Assembly: GCF_006345805.1 (NCBI RefSeq)
Contig: NC_043020.1
Span: forward strand, 20,460,001-20,524,000
DNA: 64,000 nt
DNA from: Octopus sinensis
Taxonomy: Eukaryota
Direction: 5' to 3'
The position numbers and the translations under genes were made by a program. Below, piece by piece: positions 49,404 through 62,950 of this stretch (position 1 is its first letter; every line of letters begins with the position of its first letter). Below the pieces are notes generated by a model. It searched no databases, was not told where the DNA came from, and saw only the letters and a program-made list of their open reading frames with translations.

Positions 49404-50953
49404 ACTGTAAAAACCCATGTAATTTGTACACCTGTGTAATTTATGCAGTTAATTTTCAAGATGAAAATTGTTAAAAAAGCTTCTACTCATGTAAAATTTA
49501 CACCCAAAAGTATTCAGAATTGCCGATATGGCCAGGAGAAAAAGGTTTTCAATTTAGTTGTGTTTAGCATAATTTCACTTACTTATGATTAGATTTTATT
49601 AAATTTTCATTAAATAAAAATAATTTGTTTAACAGGTATCACATTGAAAGCTATTAAATTACAAAGTGTTTGTGTTCATCATCATCATCGTTTAACGTCA
49701 GTTTTCCATGCTAGCATGGGTTAGTTTATAATAAACTTTATTTTACATTTCTTGCCCACAAGAGATTATGTCTGATCTTTAGCATACTTCTGCATGGCTT
49801 CTCAAATAACGATCACAAGAAAAGTTGTTGATAATTCTTATCAACAAAAACAAAGCTGATAAATATGCACAAGTGTTGCAAAATAAGTTTAATTACCAAT
49901 AAACATCAGCTTGGATGATACTTCACTCAACTGACAGAGGGAGGTGACCGATCAAATTCTGATTTGTTGAATGTGTCTTCTTGTTTCAAGCTCTGATTTT
50001 CTGCCTATTCTTGTAAGAGCCTTTGATATGGAGTATCGAAAATTTAATCCCTTTCACACTTATAAAATGTCAAGCAAAGTTAAAAATTTGTCATTACCAT
50101 TTTAGCCAGGCGACCAAACTGATAGTTTGGTAACCTGCTAAAATAAACATTAAAAATCGAAAGGAGAAAATAAACAGCTTTGCGAGTTTAGTGTTTATTG
50201 AACAAGAGAGGTGCAAAATATAAGAAGCGATTTGTTAGAATATACATGTCTGTGAGGAGACATAAACAAGAATAGCAAAAATCTACGATACCAAAAGAAC
50301 TGGCAATACATACAAGTGTTCTATGAAGAGAACATAAGATTGCTGCATAATTCAACACGTGTGAAACAACATTAAACATTGTATAAGGTAACACTAAGAT
50401 ATATTCACTTAGTGACTTTACATGTGCAAGGATGAATTATGATGTTGTCGTTGTCAACATTAGATGCAGTAAGAGCTGATAGCGGCAGTAAGGAATTTCA
50501 TTGTCATAATATGGAGAAAGTGAGCAAATAGCTTCCTGGTGCAAACACAAGCTAGATTCCTTAAGCAGAGAAAAACTGATCTATTTAAGGAAATTGCTGG
50601 GCTCCATTGCGATAGACAGAAACTCCAAGCAATGTAAAATATGGCCCAGACCATGATTACCAGCATGAACATCAAACTTCAAAAAGTAGTTAACCATTTA
50701 ATGGTTTTAGTAAATTTATACAGAAAAAGTAAGCATTATACTGTCCAGCTTAAATAAAAATCAACTTCATTATATTTTTTCTGTAAAAACCTATTCTGAC
50801 TTAAAATGAGTCAACTTCCCGTACATTTTTCAACTAAAAAATTTCTAAAATAATTCTGGAAATGATCTCCTCATGTAATTTATGCACGCACTAAAGTTTA
50901 TTTTTGTTTTTGTGAAAAAAGTGTGTAAATTACAGGCATTCACTTTTATACAA
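49404..50953. mobile_element. Possible decayed Tc1/pogo-type DNA element
   Basis: Imperfect terminal similarity (ctgtaaaaacccatgtaatttgtacac versus the reverse complement of gtgtgtaaattacagg..tttatacaata); no convincing transposase. Confidence 0.25.
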
Positions 50954-51089
50954 TAAGGTGTGTATGTATCTGTGTCCCTGCCCTAATACACACATAGATA
51001 CACATCTACATAAACATATAAATACACACATATAAATAGATGCGTACACACACATACACACAAATGTTTATGCATGCATATATGGATAT

Positions 51090-51855
51090 CATCATCATCA
51101 TCATCATCATTATCATTTAGCGTCCGTTTTCCATGCTAGCATGGGTTGGACGGTTCAACTGGGGTCTGGGGAGCCCGAAGGCTGCACCAGGCCAGTCAGA
51201 TCTGGCAGTGTTTCTACAGCTGGATGCCCTTCCTAACGCCAACCACTCCGAGAGTGTAGTGGGTGATTTTATGTGCCACCGACACAGGTGCCAGACGAGG
51301 CTGGCGAACGGCCACGCTCGGATGGTGTTTTTATGTGCCACCGACACAGGTGCCAGACGAGGCTGGCAGACGGCCACGCTCGGATGGTGTTTTTATGTGC
51401 CACCGACACAGGTGCCAGATGAGGCTGGCGGACGGCCACGATCGGATGGTGTTTGTTACGTCCCCAAAGCACGGAGGCCAGTCTATGCGGTACTGGCTAC
51501 GGCCACGTTCGGATGATTTTCTTGTGTGCCACCGGCACTGGTACCACAAAGATACAAATTCCATTGATGTTCATCTATTTTGATTTGTTTTGATTTGATT
51601 TTCACTTGCCTCAACAGGTCTTCACAAGTGTCACAAGAAGGAAGGTATGCACAGGTGGACTGACTACGTCGCAGGTAGGGGCCACGGGTTATGGCCTGAC
51701 TAGTCTTGCCGGGTCTTCGGATGGTGTTTTTATGTGCCACCGACACAGGTGCCAGATGAGGCTGGCGAACGGCCACGATCGGATGGTGTTTGTTATGTGC
51801 CCACGTCACAGAGGCCAGTCGATGCGGTCCTGGTTACGGCCACGTTTGGATATAG
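51090..51855 (-). mobile_element. Young RTE 3' UTR with a 62-bp internal tandem repeat
   Basis: (CAT)n tail plus family terminus; ggatgg recurs at 51320, 51382 and 51444 (period 62), with a further copy near 51720; CpGs retained. Confidence 0.9.
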
Positions 51856-51984
51856 GGTGCAACAGCTATCTGAGAACAAAATTTTAATTTATAGAAAGCA
51901 AAAATATATTCTATTAGAATATATTTAGGAAAAACCAATATATTCTAATAGAATTAGGTACACATATTTTTACACATACATAGT

Positions 51985-52830
51985 AGAAGGCTAGGCTCCT
52001 GAAATGACTAAATGCATTGATCAGGTGATGTTTATTCATGTTGACCATTAAGTCCCCAATAGCAGACATCAATGAGTTCTTGATATTGTGGGCAGGCTTG
52101 TTGGTCGCCTTCTCATGATGCCCAAGACATAATAGTCCAGAGGTGTAAATTAAGAAAGCTAGGAGGCTAGAAAGAGTAACATGCTCATGAAAATTTTTGG
52201 CCATCCACTCTCTTGATTCAGGGCCAGGTAACTGACTCCATTGGCTCAATATAGACTACCGGATTACCTCTAAGACTTTGCAGGAATAAGTGAGGAGGCA
52301 TGACGTGACCTTCATTGCTCATGACCTCCAACACCATCACAGATGATGGGAAATTCTATGGAGCGGATGCAGAGCAATCTGTTATTCCTCTTGTTCCCTT
52401 TTTGATCCTGGACAAAGTTCTTCTCATCTGAGAAGAATCAGAGCATTTTGGGCTCCTAAGGGTGCTTAAGTTTGTTCAGCAAGACATGAACTACCTTCTT
52501 ATCATAAGAAAGGATTTGTAGCTGATGTCTTTGTGCACCACATGGTGATCGAATGCAATGGCCCTCACTGCTGAACAAACTTGACTTTTCTGACAATGTC
52601 TGACCATCAAAACTGTCTTTTTCCTTTCATCAGGGAAGACATATGCCTACCAGAGGCCTGGTGATATTCAAGAAGGTTGCAATCTCAGAATTGCTGTGAT
52701 TGGTGGCTAAGCTTGCCTTTTCATTGTCTACATTTGATTTGAAGCTTCCATGTTGGGGTTGAAAAATGAGAGGATATTTAGTTGAAGTTTGGGCTACAAT
52801 TGGTTCTTAAAAGTTTTGTTCTCAAAAGCC
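51985..52830 (-). mobile_element. Tc1/mariner transposase remnant, maT (DD37D)-like
   Basis: FFSDEKNFVQDQKGNKRN, EWMAKNFHEHVT, PLDYYVLG..KATNKPAHNIKNSLMSAI; internal deletions prevent counting the D-D spacing. Confidence 0.75.
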
Positions 52831-52871
52831 AATGCAACCTCTGTGTGTGTATATATATATATATATAGGTA

Positions 52872-53972
52872 CAATTAACACTAAAAATGTGCAGGCAACA
52901 GATATAATTAGCACTAAAAACATGCAGAAAATAAATTCCATTAAATGCCAAGGGGGAAAGCTAGAAGTAGTTGATAGCTTCCATTACCAACACGACCAAG
53001 TCAGTAGCAAGGGTGGATGCTCTGAGAGCATAGCTGCTAGAATAAGAATAGGCTGGGCAAAGTTCAGAGAGCTCCTACCTCTGCTGGTAACAAAGGGCCT
53101 CTCCCTCAGAGTGAAGGGCAGATTGTATGATGCTTCTGTGCGAACAGCCATGTCACATATGGCAGTGGAACATGGGCAGTGACTGCCAAGGACATGAAGC
53201 TAGTATGCATCACTGGATATGTAATGTCAGTGTTCATGTACGATAAAGTGTAAGTGTAGTGAGAGAAAAACTGGGCATGAGGCATCAGATGTAGTGTCCA
53301 AGAGAGACGACTGGTCATGTGATGCATATGAATGTGGACATTTGTGCAAAGAAGTGCCAATCTCTACCAGTGGAAGGAAGCTGTGGAAGACATGAAATGA
53401 GGTGGTGAAGCAGGATTCTCAAATGTCAGCCCTCATGGTGGCAATGACTACTGACCGAGACCGTTGGCAATGTGCCATGCTTGAGAAGACATGTCAAGCC
53501 AAGTGAAAACATAGCTGTGATCATTCTCAGTGTTATGTAAGTGGCATCTGTGCTGGTGGCACATAAAAAGCACCTTTCAAGTGTTGGGCCTCATGGAGGC
53601 AATGTGGTCAATGCTGGTGTCTCGTAACTAGAAATTGTGCCATGTAAAAAGCACCTTCTGAGTGCTGGGCCTCATGGAGGCAATGACAAATGACCAAGAC
53701 CTTTGGCAATATGCTGTTCTTGAGAAAAAGACTCATCAAGCCAAGTGAAATTGTAGTTGTGATAGATATTGATGTCATGCACAGACACCTGTGCCAGCGG
53801 CACGTAAAAGCACCCATTATACTCTCAGAGAGGTTGGCATTAGGAAGGGCATCCAGCCATAGAAACCATACCAAATCAGACTACGGTCTGGTACAGCCCC
53901 TCAGATTACTAATCCTGGTCAAATCATCCAATCTATGCCAACATGGACACTAAATGATGATGATGATGATGA
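52872..53972 (+). mobile_element. RTE LINE 3' portion with duplicated 3' modules
   Basis: KLEVVDSF..GGCSESIAARIRIGWAKFRELLPLL, family 3' UTR, (GAT)n tail. Confidence 0.88.
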
Positions 53973-54292
53973 TACATATGTATACAAATGCATGCACACT
54001 CACACACACTCACACACATGCACACACTCGCATGCACATGCACACACACACACACACACTCTCTCTCTCTCTAGATATTTGTGGATTTCTGAGTGTATCT
54101 TCAGTAATATGATAAGTTTTCATTGTGAAACTACACCTAGTAGCCAGTAGTAGTGGCTACTTTATAAAGCAAATTACAAGGTTCATACCGAAATTAGATA
54201 TATATACATATACACACACGCATATGCATATACACAAAAATTATTAAATATAAATACAAATATATATATATGTACACACATACATATAGATA

Positions 54293-54645
54293 GGTGCAGG
54301 TGTGACTGTATGGTAAGAAGCTTGCTTCCCAACCACATAGTTCCAGGTTCAGTCCCACTGCTATGGCCCCAGGTCGACCAAAGCCATGTTAGTGGATTTA
54401 CTGGAAACTGAGAGAAGCTTGTCAAACACATGTGTGTGTTTTTGTGTATGTCACCCACCACCAGTTGGCAACTGCTATTGGTTTGCATATATCCCTGTAA
54501 CTTATGGTTTGGCAAAAGTAGTCAATAGAATAAGTACCAGATTTAAAAAGTAAATACTGTAGTGATTTAGTTTGACTAAAAACTCTTCAAGGCAGTGCCC
54601 CAGTATGACCACAGTCCAAAGATTGAATCAAGTAAAAGGTAAAAA
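54293..54645 (+). mobile_element. tRNA-derived SINE
   Basis: ggtgcaggtgtgactgtatggtaagaagcttgcttcccaacc..ggttcagtccc head; same family as 35719-36076. Confidence 0.75.
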
Positions 54646-55699
54646 TATATTAGATAAAATCTTTTAAGGCTGAAATAATCTGAAATGAAATACAAGTAAA
54701 CTACCAAAGTGTAAATAGAACAACAGTTGAAGTGTTAGCAAGTATTTCTTTAATATTTCAGAGTTGGGACCTTTCTATATGGTCATGTGGAAGATGGTAA
54801 TGATATGTGCAGACTGTTGTTTAAAAATAGTTTCAGCTTGTAATCGGGAGAGCCTCTTTGATTCAAAAATAGCCTGTGTAACATTCCATTCCTCTGATGG
54901 ATTCCATTAAATCCCAGGTCTGGCACTTCTGCAACTGTTTAAGGACTGAAATGTTTGTGTGCACATGTTCTTTGATGTGAATTGCAGTTTTCTGATAGTG
55001 ATCCCCATGTAGAATCACCACTTTTACTGAAGACCATTTCATGTACTTTATAGGCCCTTAAGCACATTTTAAAAATGTTGACGGGACAACAATGCTGTTC
55101 AATGCTGTTCATGATGTGATTTCCAAATTTTGAATAAATCTATAATCTATACTACTATTGTCTTCCATTTGTGTGCATATATTTGTGTGTATGCATGTAT
55201 AATGCACTCATACCTGGGCTGCTAATACTGCTTTTACTTGCAAATCTGGGTTTATATTTTGAAATTTGTTTCTATTCTGAGCCTTTTCATATATCAAATA
55301 AATAAATTCTTGGAGATAACTTATATGAGTGATACGATAATATGCCCTATGTATTTGTATACTTACTTTCTCTGTAAGTTCCACATATAAAACCTAGAAT
55401 GGGAATGAAAGGGAAAGAAATCAAGAGTGTGATGAGGGGATAGTGAGAGACAGTAAGAGCGGAAAATATGTGAGACAGAAGACAGTTATAAGAATGAAAG
55501 TGAAAACTACATTTAACCCTCAAATATTCAGATTGCTCTATCAAATGTAATGCTTCTCCTATATAAGCAGTCCCATTTTAGAGTTGCCATAACTTTGTTG
55601 TTTTTGTATATTATGAATGATGAAATGCTTGCAAACTCCTACTTACAAAAAAAAAAAAAAAAAAAAGGGTTGCAAAATCCAGAATTTAAGGATTGACTT

Positions 55700-57232
55700 C
55701 AATGAGATAAAATGATAAGTTAGCTACTGTAAACACTACAGTGTCTCTCTGAGAAATGCAAATATATCTATGCTAATGAAACTAGAAAGCTTAAGAAATG
55801 CTTTGATACAGCTAATTCTAGCATCGATATTCCTCAATTCATAGTGACAAAAATTAACAGAGTGGACAAACAGCCAAAAGTAAACTGCTTATTGTTGACT
55901 ATTTTGCTAACCATAATATTCTTTTTGCAAATGCTGATCAATTTCTCACGGTATGTAAAAGCATTTTCAGGCAGTAAGATTACTGAGAAATTATCAATAA
56001 AAAGAACAAAACTTTAATATGTTACTCAGAATGGAATAGATTTTCATGAAAAAATAGTGATGATGGATACCTGTAAAACACAAAAGGTTTCTATTATATT
56101 TCATGAAAACACAAGCATTTCAGTTACACAAATTTTGGCTACAGTTGTGAGATACTTTAATTTGAATAAACATAATGTTGTAGACAATTTGTTAAGTACT
56201 GTAGTTGTTGAAAATAGAACAACTCTTGGTTTTTTATAGTGCTATCAAAACTACTTTCCATGAAAGAAATATTTGTCCAGAAAAAATCTAATTAGGTTTA
56301 CAATCAATACCTATTCTTCCATAATGGACACCAGATGTAGGTTCCTGGAATTGTTGAAAGATGAGTTACCTCTTGTTGTTATTATGGGATGCATCTGTTA
56401 TTTTTTTTCACTCTTCATACCAGCATTGCTGCCCTTAAATTTAAAAATTTAAAGACTTTTGTAAAAGATTTACCATCTTACTTTTCTATGGAAATTCATA
56501 CTTGTTCAAGAAGTTGTTGCAACTATTTGCCACCGAATACTTAAACTTCTTGAGAAATGGCAAATTAGAACAATTTGATGTGTTACTTCCTTATTTCTTA
56601 TTGATGATACCAAGAGAATTTATAAGCAACCATGAAATCAAACACATGTCACTTTTCTTTTAGTATATATCATAATTATTAGATGTTGAGTAACAGGGTG
56701 AGCATTTCAGGTTATATCAACTGTATCATCAGAATACAAAAAAAAAAAATCTTTTCAGTTGCTTTTTTAAAGATGAATTACAGAAAGATATTAAATTATA
56801 TTAAATTATCAGAAATTGATTCAAGCAATGAAAGTAATTACAAAAACACTAATGATGTTTACCTTGGAGGAAAGGCAACAGCTAATTTAATTAGTGAGCC
56901 TTTTGATGATGAAATCAATGTCAGATTTCAAATTGATTGCTTGAAATTCCAAGTGGAACTTTGAATTAAAGAAAAAAAAAAAAGGTCTCCTTTCAGTGAG
57001 GGTGGAATTATTGCTAAATTAGAGGTATTCAACCCAAAGGTAGTTTATTGTCCCAGAATATCTCCTATATCTATCATTATACTAGCTATTGATTTCCCAT
57101 TTATTGTGCCAGAATGCAATCTAATGATCATAGTGATCAATGGAAAAGTTATTGTTAAACAACAGACAACTTACTTATCTCTACAGAAAATATTCCTGTA
57201 TATTGAGACAGACTTTTAATTCAAAAAAGCTT

Positions 57233-57296
<64 letters not shown>

Positions 57297-57560
57297 ATGT
57301 ATTAAATTTTAAGACTAATTTAAATTATCTTGCCACATTCATCAACATGTGCTGAAAGAATATTCTCTCTAATGAACTATGACAAAACAAAGAACACTAA
57401 TTCTTTAAAAGCAGTGACTGTAAAAGACAGATTACTTGCAAAGCAATCTATTACAAGAAATGTTATGGAATGTACTCTGCAGGAGCCTGGAAAAGAATTA
57501 ATCAAGGACTTGGAAGACTGTGCTCTAAGTAAAATATATTCAGAAAAAATTTTCTTAAGA
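55700..57560 (+). pseudogene. hAT-superfamily transposase fossil
   Basis: SIIFHENTSISVTQILATVVRYF, IIMGCIC, and the dimerisation domain PHSSTCAERIFSLMN..KT; many stops; (TA)n expansion at about 57235-57300. Confidence 0.85.
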
Positions 57561-58349
57561 AACAGGCAGAAAATAACAAATTGTTTACTCTTTCAAGAGA
57601 AACTGAAGACAAGAAATAACTGCTGTGTCCTACATACAAAGGACTCCAATTTAAACATGTTATTTTTGTTATCTGGGTTTCATGTTTTGAATCTTTTTGT
57701 TTTCTTGTGTGTGATTTGGGGTTACCCTGAAAATCTTATGGGCAGCCCTTATACTATGTTGTCATCATTTAATGTTTGTATATGCCTCTATATAGTAAAT
57801 TATAGACCAGTTTTGTAGCCAGTTAGTTGAAATTCTTCATAGCAGCACACACAGTTAATAAGTTATATGACTGCTTCTGAATTTTTTTTTTTTTTTAGCA
57901 TCTGATAGAAAAAAAAAAGACTATTGTATATACCTGCCCCCAAGCACTACACTAGGCAGTGAGAAAGGTTAATGATTAGAAAAATAATTAATTTCCAGTA
58001 ATTATGTAAATTAGTACAGTATTTTGAAAAAAAAAAAATGTTTTCCCACAAAATGAAAAAAATCAAAATAGAAATTTATTTTATTTTCTAAATTTTTTTT
58101 TGTACACTTTTATGAATTCACTTGAACCATCTTCTGGATATCTTGGATACAAGAATTCAGAGGGAATCAATATTCCCAGACCAACTGAAGATTGTCAACA
58201 TGTTTTTAAAATAATTTATCAAAAATATAGTGAATTCATGTTTGGGAATTAATAACATGGGAAATGCCTGATACTGCTACTTGTGTACATACGTACATAT
58301 GTACACACACACACACACTAATATAAGGATCCAAATCCCAACTCTTACA

Positions 58350-60630
58350 TCCTAGTACGGGACCACTTGGCAGGGTGAAGTATGGTTGGGCCTTTGATGA
58401 CCCTGGGCTGCTACAGTAGCTGTGAAGGCCTATCAAAGAACCTTGAAGGAGCTCTGGCACTGCCATTCAGGCTGGCATCAGGGCGATCCCTAAAAGAACT
58501 GGGTTTCAGCAGTTCAAAACAGTTCCATGGTTCAAAGATTGCCTGTCTCAACCATATGATGAGCAGCAGAGGAGGCTATGGAGTGAAGTGCATGGGCATC
58601 AATTTCACAAACTGTCATCCACCCTAATAAAAATCACGCAAATAGCCCCTGCATGATGCTCTTCACCACTTCTTCAAGTCCAATAGTGATGACCCCATGG
58701 GCAACAGGTGCAGGCTTGGTATACTGGAAGTTTCTAGCTCATGAATATATATTGGCGACATGCAAGTGATGGTAATTTTCTCAGTGAAGTAGCGTTGACA
58801 CAGGATTTCAGCAGCTGTGTCAGAGCAGCCCTCCCCATACAGCGAAGCTCCTAGAAAAGGTGGGGTAAATATCAGTCATTGTTCTCTTCATCTGGCTGGT
58901 TTAGCATAACTGGCAGACACCCATCTTAGCAGTAGAAAAATTTGATCCCATTCTCTGAGAACTTTGATGGACATGCAAACTACATACCAACCTGAAAGGC
59001 ATACCATGCTTGTCTCCCAAGAACTCACCCACTTCAATATTGATATAGCTGCTCGGAGCAAAACTTGTTTGTCCAGTGATGACATCATGCAGGAAGTTGG
59101 CTACAAATTCTTTTGCAAAAGAAAGGATGCCAATGAACCTCACATCTATGGCGTTGGACTTCTCATTAAAACCGAGCTGCTCAAGAAACACAGCTTCACT
59201 CCAACATCAACAAGCAAACATCTGATATCCATCTGAATCCCTCTCTTATCTGTCCTCAGTCTATACTTCAACTCTAGACTCAGATGATAAAATTAAAATG
59301 CTTTCTACAACTCTCTCAATGCTACCAGCCTAGCCATTCCACGAAATGATAAACTGATCATCTTTGGTGACTTTAATGCTTAAGTTGGTCACGATCACCA
59401 TCTCTGGCAACGCATCCTCAGCAAACACGGGATTGTAAACTGCAATGCCAATGGACTGCTCCTCCTTAGTCCCTGTGTGGAAAATGACCTGATGATTATG
59501 AACACCCTCTTCTGTCTTTCAACCTGCCACAGAACAACCTGGCAACCACAGAGGTCAAAACACTGGCATATTCTGGATTATGTGTTGACAAGGATCCAAG
59601 ACAAGAAGTATGTGAGGATCACCAAATCCCTGCCAGGTGCTGATGACTGCTGGACCAATCACTGGCTTGTGATCTCTCATCCACCCCTTCAGCACCCCAA
59701 TGAGTACAAATTGAGGTATGACTGTTGCAAACTGAAGGACCCCCCAAGCCTTCCAAGAAGCAGTTAATCAATATCTGAGGGAAAGGCAGAATGGGAATCC
59801 TTCACCCAATGATTGGCACACTCTGCGTGATGCTATAACATCTGCTGCAGATGAGGTCATTGGCTACTCAAAGTGCCAAAACCAAGTCTGATTCAGTGAA
59901 AATAACGAAGAGATCAAGCATCTGATCAGTAAGAGTAGCATGTATTGCTTTTGAAAAACACCCAATGAGGAGCAACAAGAAATACAGATGTGTCAAAGCT
60001 ACCTCAGAGAAATCCAAAACTCCTGATTGAACTCCTGATTGCAAGCAATGGCTGCTGTACTCCAGAACTACTCAGACCAAAGAGACATGCATCACTTTTA
60101 AGCAAGGATCAAGGAGATTTTCAGCATAATCAGGTCATCTACTGGTACCTTGAAAACTGCTAACTGTCACACTCTCACTACAGAAGAAGAAATCATGTAT
60201 CGTTAGAGAGAACATTTCCATCTTCTTCTGAACAACCATTCTCAAACTTCAGAAGACCTCTTAAGAAACATTTTGCAACGACCTGTCAAACTATGAATGG
60301 CCCTTCTTCCAGGAATTCATGAAAGCCATCAAAGGAATGAAACCTGGAAAAGCTCCCACTGCAAACATCCTCCTGGAGCTTTTCACACACAGTGGGTACA
60401 GATTGAGAACCAAGCTGTTCTACCTGATGCTGCAAATATGATATACCAAGACCATTCTGGATGACTTCAAAAACACAAACACCATTCCCATCTTCATGAA
60501 AGGAGACCGGTTAGTGTGCAACAACTACTGTAGTATCTCCCTGTTCAGTACTGCCAGCAAGATTTTCACCAGAATTCTTCTGGATCAACTGCTGGTTATT
60601 GTGGAAGAAGTCTTCCCAAAATCTCAAGGT
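58350..60630 (+). mobile_element. RTE (BovB-like) LINE: 5' UTR, endonuclease and start of RT
   Basis: DIAARSKT, YGVGLLIK, IFGDFNA, HWHILDYVL, KAP, NYCSISLFSTASKIFTRILL, PKSQG; breaks off there. Confidence 0.88.
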
Positions 60631-61489
60631 ATTTTTAAAGCACAGTGTCTCAGAAGTATTTTTAAAAAGGGGAAGGTATAGTTTAAAAGAAAGTTGGTCA
60701 AGGGGCTATGTAGAGACCCCTCACCCCCACCTCATTAAGCTAAGATCAGGATGGCAATGCTGTTACTGTAGCTTATCTCCAACTTGGTTCTAAATCAAAA
60801 TACCTATGACTGAAGACAATTTAGCCATGACTATCCTATCATTTTTTTCTAGACATAGTGCCCTGCACTGTACACCTTTGCTTTTTTTCTTTTGAAAAGT
60901 AGAGTGTGATTTGAAGAATATTTGGCTGCTATTTCTTTCAGGACGACCTTACTGGCTTACTTAAAGCAGTAAAGTATGATTTGAGGCATATCTGACTATT
61001 ATTTCCAGCAAGATAAGCAACTATGCAGAAGCTCCATCATTAGACAGAGCCCATGTTGATGATAGTTGGTGGTAGTTCTAATAATGGCAATAGTTTCAAA
61101 ATAGGTTTACAAAATTTCACATGTTAAGAGTGAAACAAGAACAGTATATAGAGTAATTAATTTTCACTTTATTTCCTTAATAAATGAAACTCTCCAACAT
61201 ACACCATATTCAAAAACAAGAACTATTTGCATGTGTACTGACACACTCTTGTTAATTTGTAATTATTTAGTATATCATTTTAGCGTTAATTTTTGGCAAT
61301 AGATTTTGTTTTTTTCACTACCACACCAACACTAAAAAATGCTTTAATTTCATACATGACTTACCCTAGTTTAGGTAGCCACCCTAAGAGTATTAGTGGT
61401 TAAATTTCACAAAGTTATTTATCATAAATCATCGTTTGAAATAAAGTCAGAAAGTATAAGGGGGGGGGGGAGTAGTATATGTCTATATA

Positions 61490-62950
61490 TCAGATAAATC
61501 ATTGGCAAAGAACAAGCAAAAGACAAAAATGAACAAAGTCAAGGAAGAGATATCCATGTTTTGAATAATTTGCCCTTTGTCAAGACCGACAGAGAAGTGG
61601 AAAAAACTTGTATGAGAAAAAAAGTGTATTATCCAACAGCATGGTAAACAATAGTTGAACAGAAATAGAAGAGGGTATGTGGTTAGTGGCATAGAAGAGT
61701 ATGATGAGTAGTGAATGAATATTAGTTAGTTGAAGAAAGAACTAGGTGAATAAAGTACTTAGTAGGTAGTGGCAATGCAAAGGCAATATGAGCATAACAG
61801 CATGTATGCATGAGTAGAGGTGTAAGTAATGACAAAATAATTTTTGACATGCAAATAAGTCATCATATGTGTATGTGCATATATGAAGAGAAGTGAGCTG
61901 GTGTAAATGTGCATGTATGGATGTTTATCATTGTTCATTGGTGGGGAGCTAAGTGATTATTGTTACAACCAAGAATGGCTGTCTCTAAATAGAATGTGAA
62001 CTGTTGTTTGGAGAACATTGCATAGCAGTAATTGCCTGGTATTGTAGGAGACTACAAATAACAGCATGAAAATGGGTTTCATCTGGAGAATTTAAGTGGC
62101 AGGATTCATCTCTGGTTGGTCTCTTTTATGTATAGTAAGGTTTGGAGTTGACATGTCATGTAATAGATTATGTTTATGATGAGGTAAATGAAATGATTAG
62201 TGGCATGAAAAGTATACTTTAAATTGTGTAGTGTAGTAATGTTCAGGGCGAAGAGAGAAGTGTTGAAACAGAAATAAATAATCTAGGCTGGGTATGGCAA
62301 GGAAGTGAAAGAAAAGTGGTCCAGAAAGTCACATATTTTGCAGTCACATCTGAAGAAATGGAGGTGTTCAGTTAAGATGTGGAAAGCAGCAGGATTGGGC
62401 AGGACAAAATGGAAATTGTATAGATTGGTGCACTGGGGAGATCAGGTATGAAGCTTGACAATTAAGGTGAAAAGAATACAGTTGATGATGGAACAGTGGA
62501 GTGATCAATAAGTAAGGTATGCCAGTGAGTTACATCAATGGCTTGTTAGAGGTAACTATATTGGAGAAGGAAGTGAACCATTTGGTGGTACTTCATCTCA
62601 AAGTCAGAATCTTAGCTATGGATGTGGAGGGAGAATTGTGATTTGGGTAAATTGGCTTAGAGAGTTGGATGGTATGAGGAGAAATCAAGCTATGAAGGAA
62701 AGTTAGTAAGTTTATAAAAGACAGAGATAGAAAGGTGAGGGAGGGAGCATTATTTAAGACAAAAATGTTTAAGAAGCAGAGAGAGGTATTAGAAATGGTA
62801 GGTGTGAATTTTAAAACAGAAGGGAAGGAGCTGACAAAGGAAATAAAGAAAAAGGGTTGCTTGCAAGTAATGGAGATAGTATAGATACTGTTGTCAATGT
62901 AATGACCATATCACTTTGGGGTGCAGCCAGTGAAATGGATGATCTAAGTT
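61490..62950 (-). mobile_element. Old Penelope-like element (RT C-terminal half, GIY-YIG, pseudo-LTR)
   Basis: Minus strand YIDNS..FISFVSSFPSVLKFTPTISNTSLCFL (about 62750-62910), IYYMTCQLQTLLYIKETNQR (about 62100-62180), degenerate hammerhead at about 61553-61585. Confidence 0.7.

Noticed and set aside
51290-51445. CAGAYGA-GGCUGGC-GAAC in the 62-bp repeat resembling a hammerhead core
   Set aside because: U4 is A, there is no helix II, and GAAC replaces GAAA; better explained by the gccag/ctggc hairpin.
55666-57749. hAT TIR pair agggttgca / ggcagccct
   Set aside because: Only 7/9 match, no 8-bp TSD, and the left site is too close to the coding remnant.
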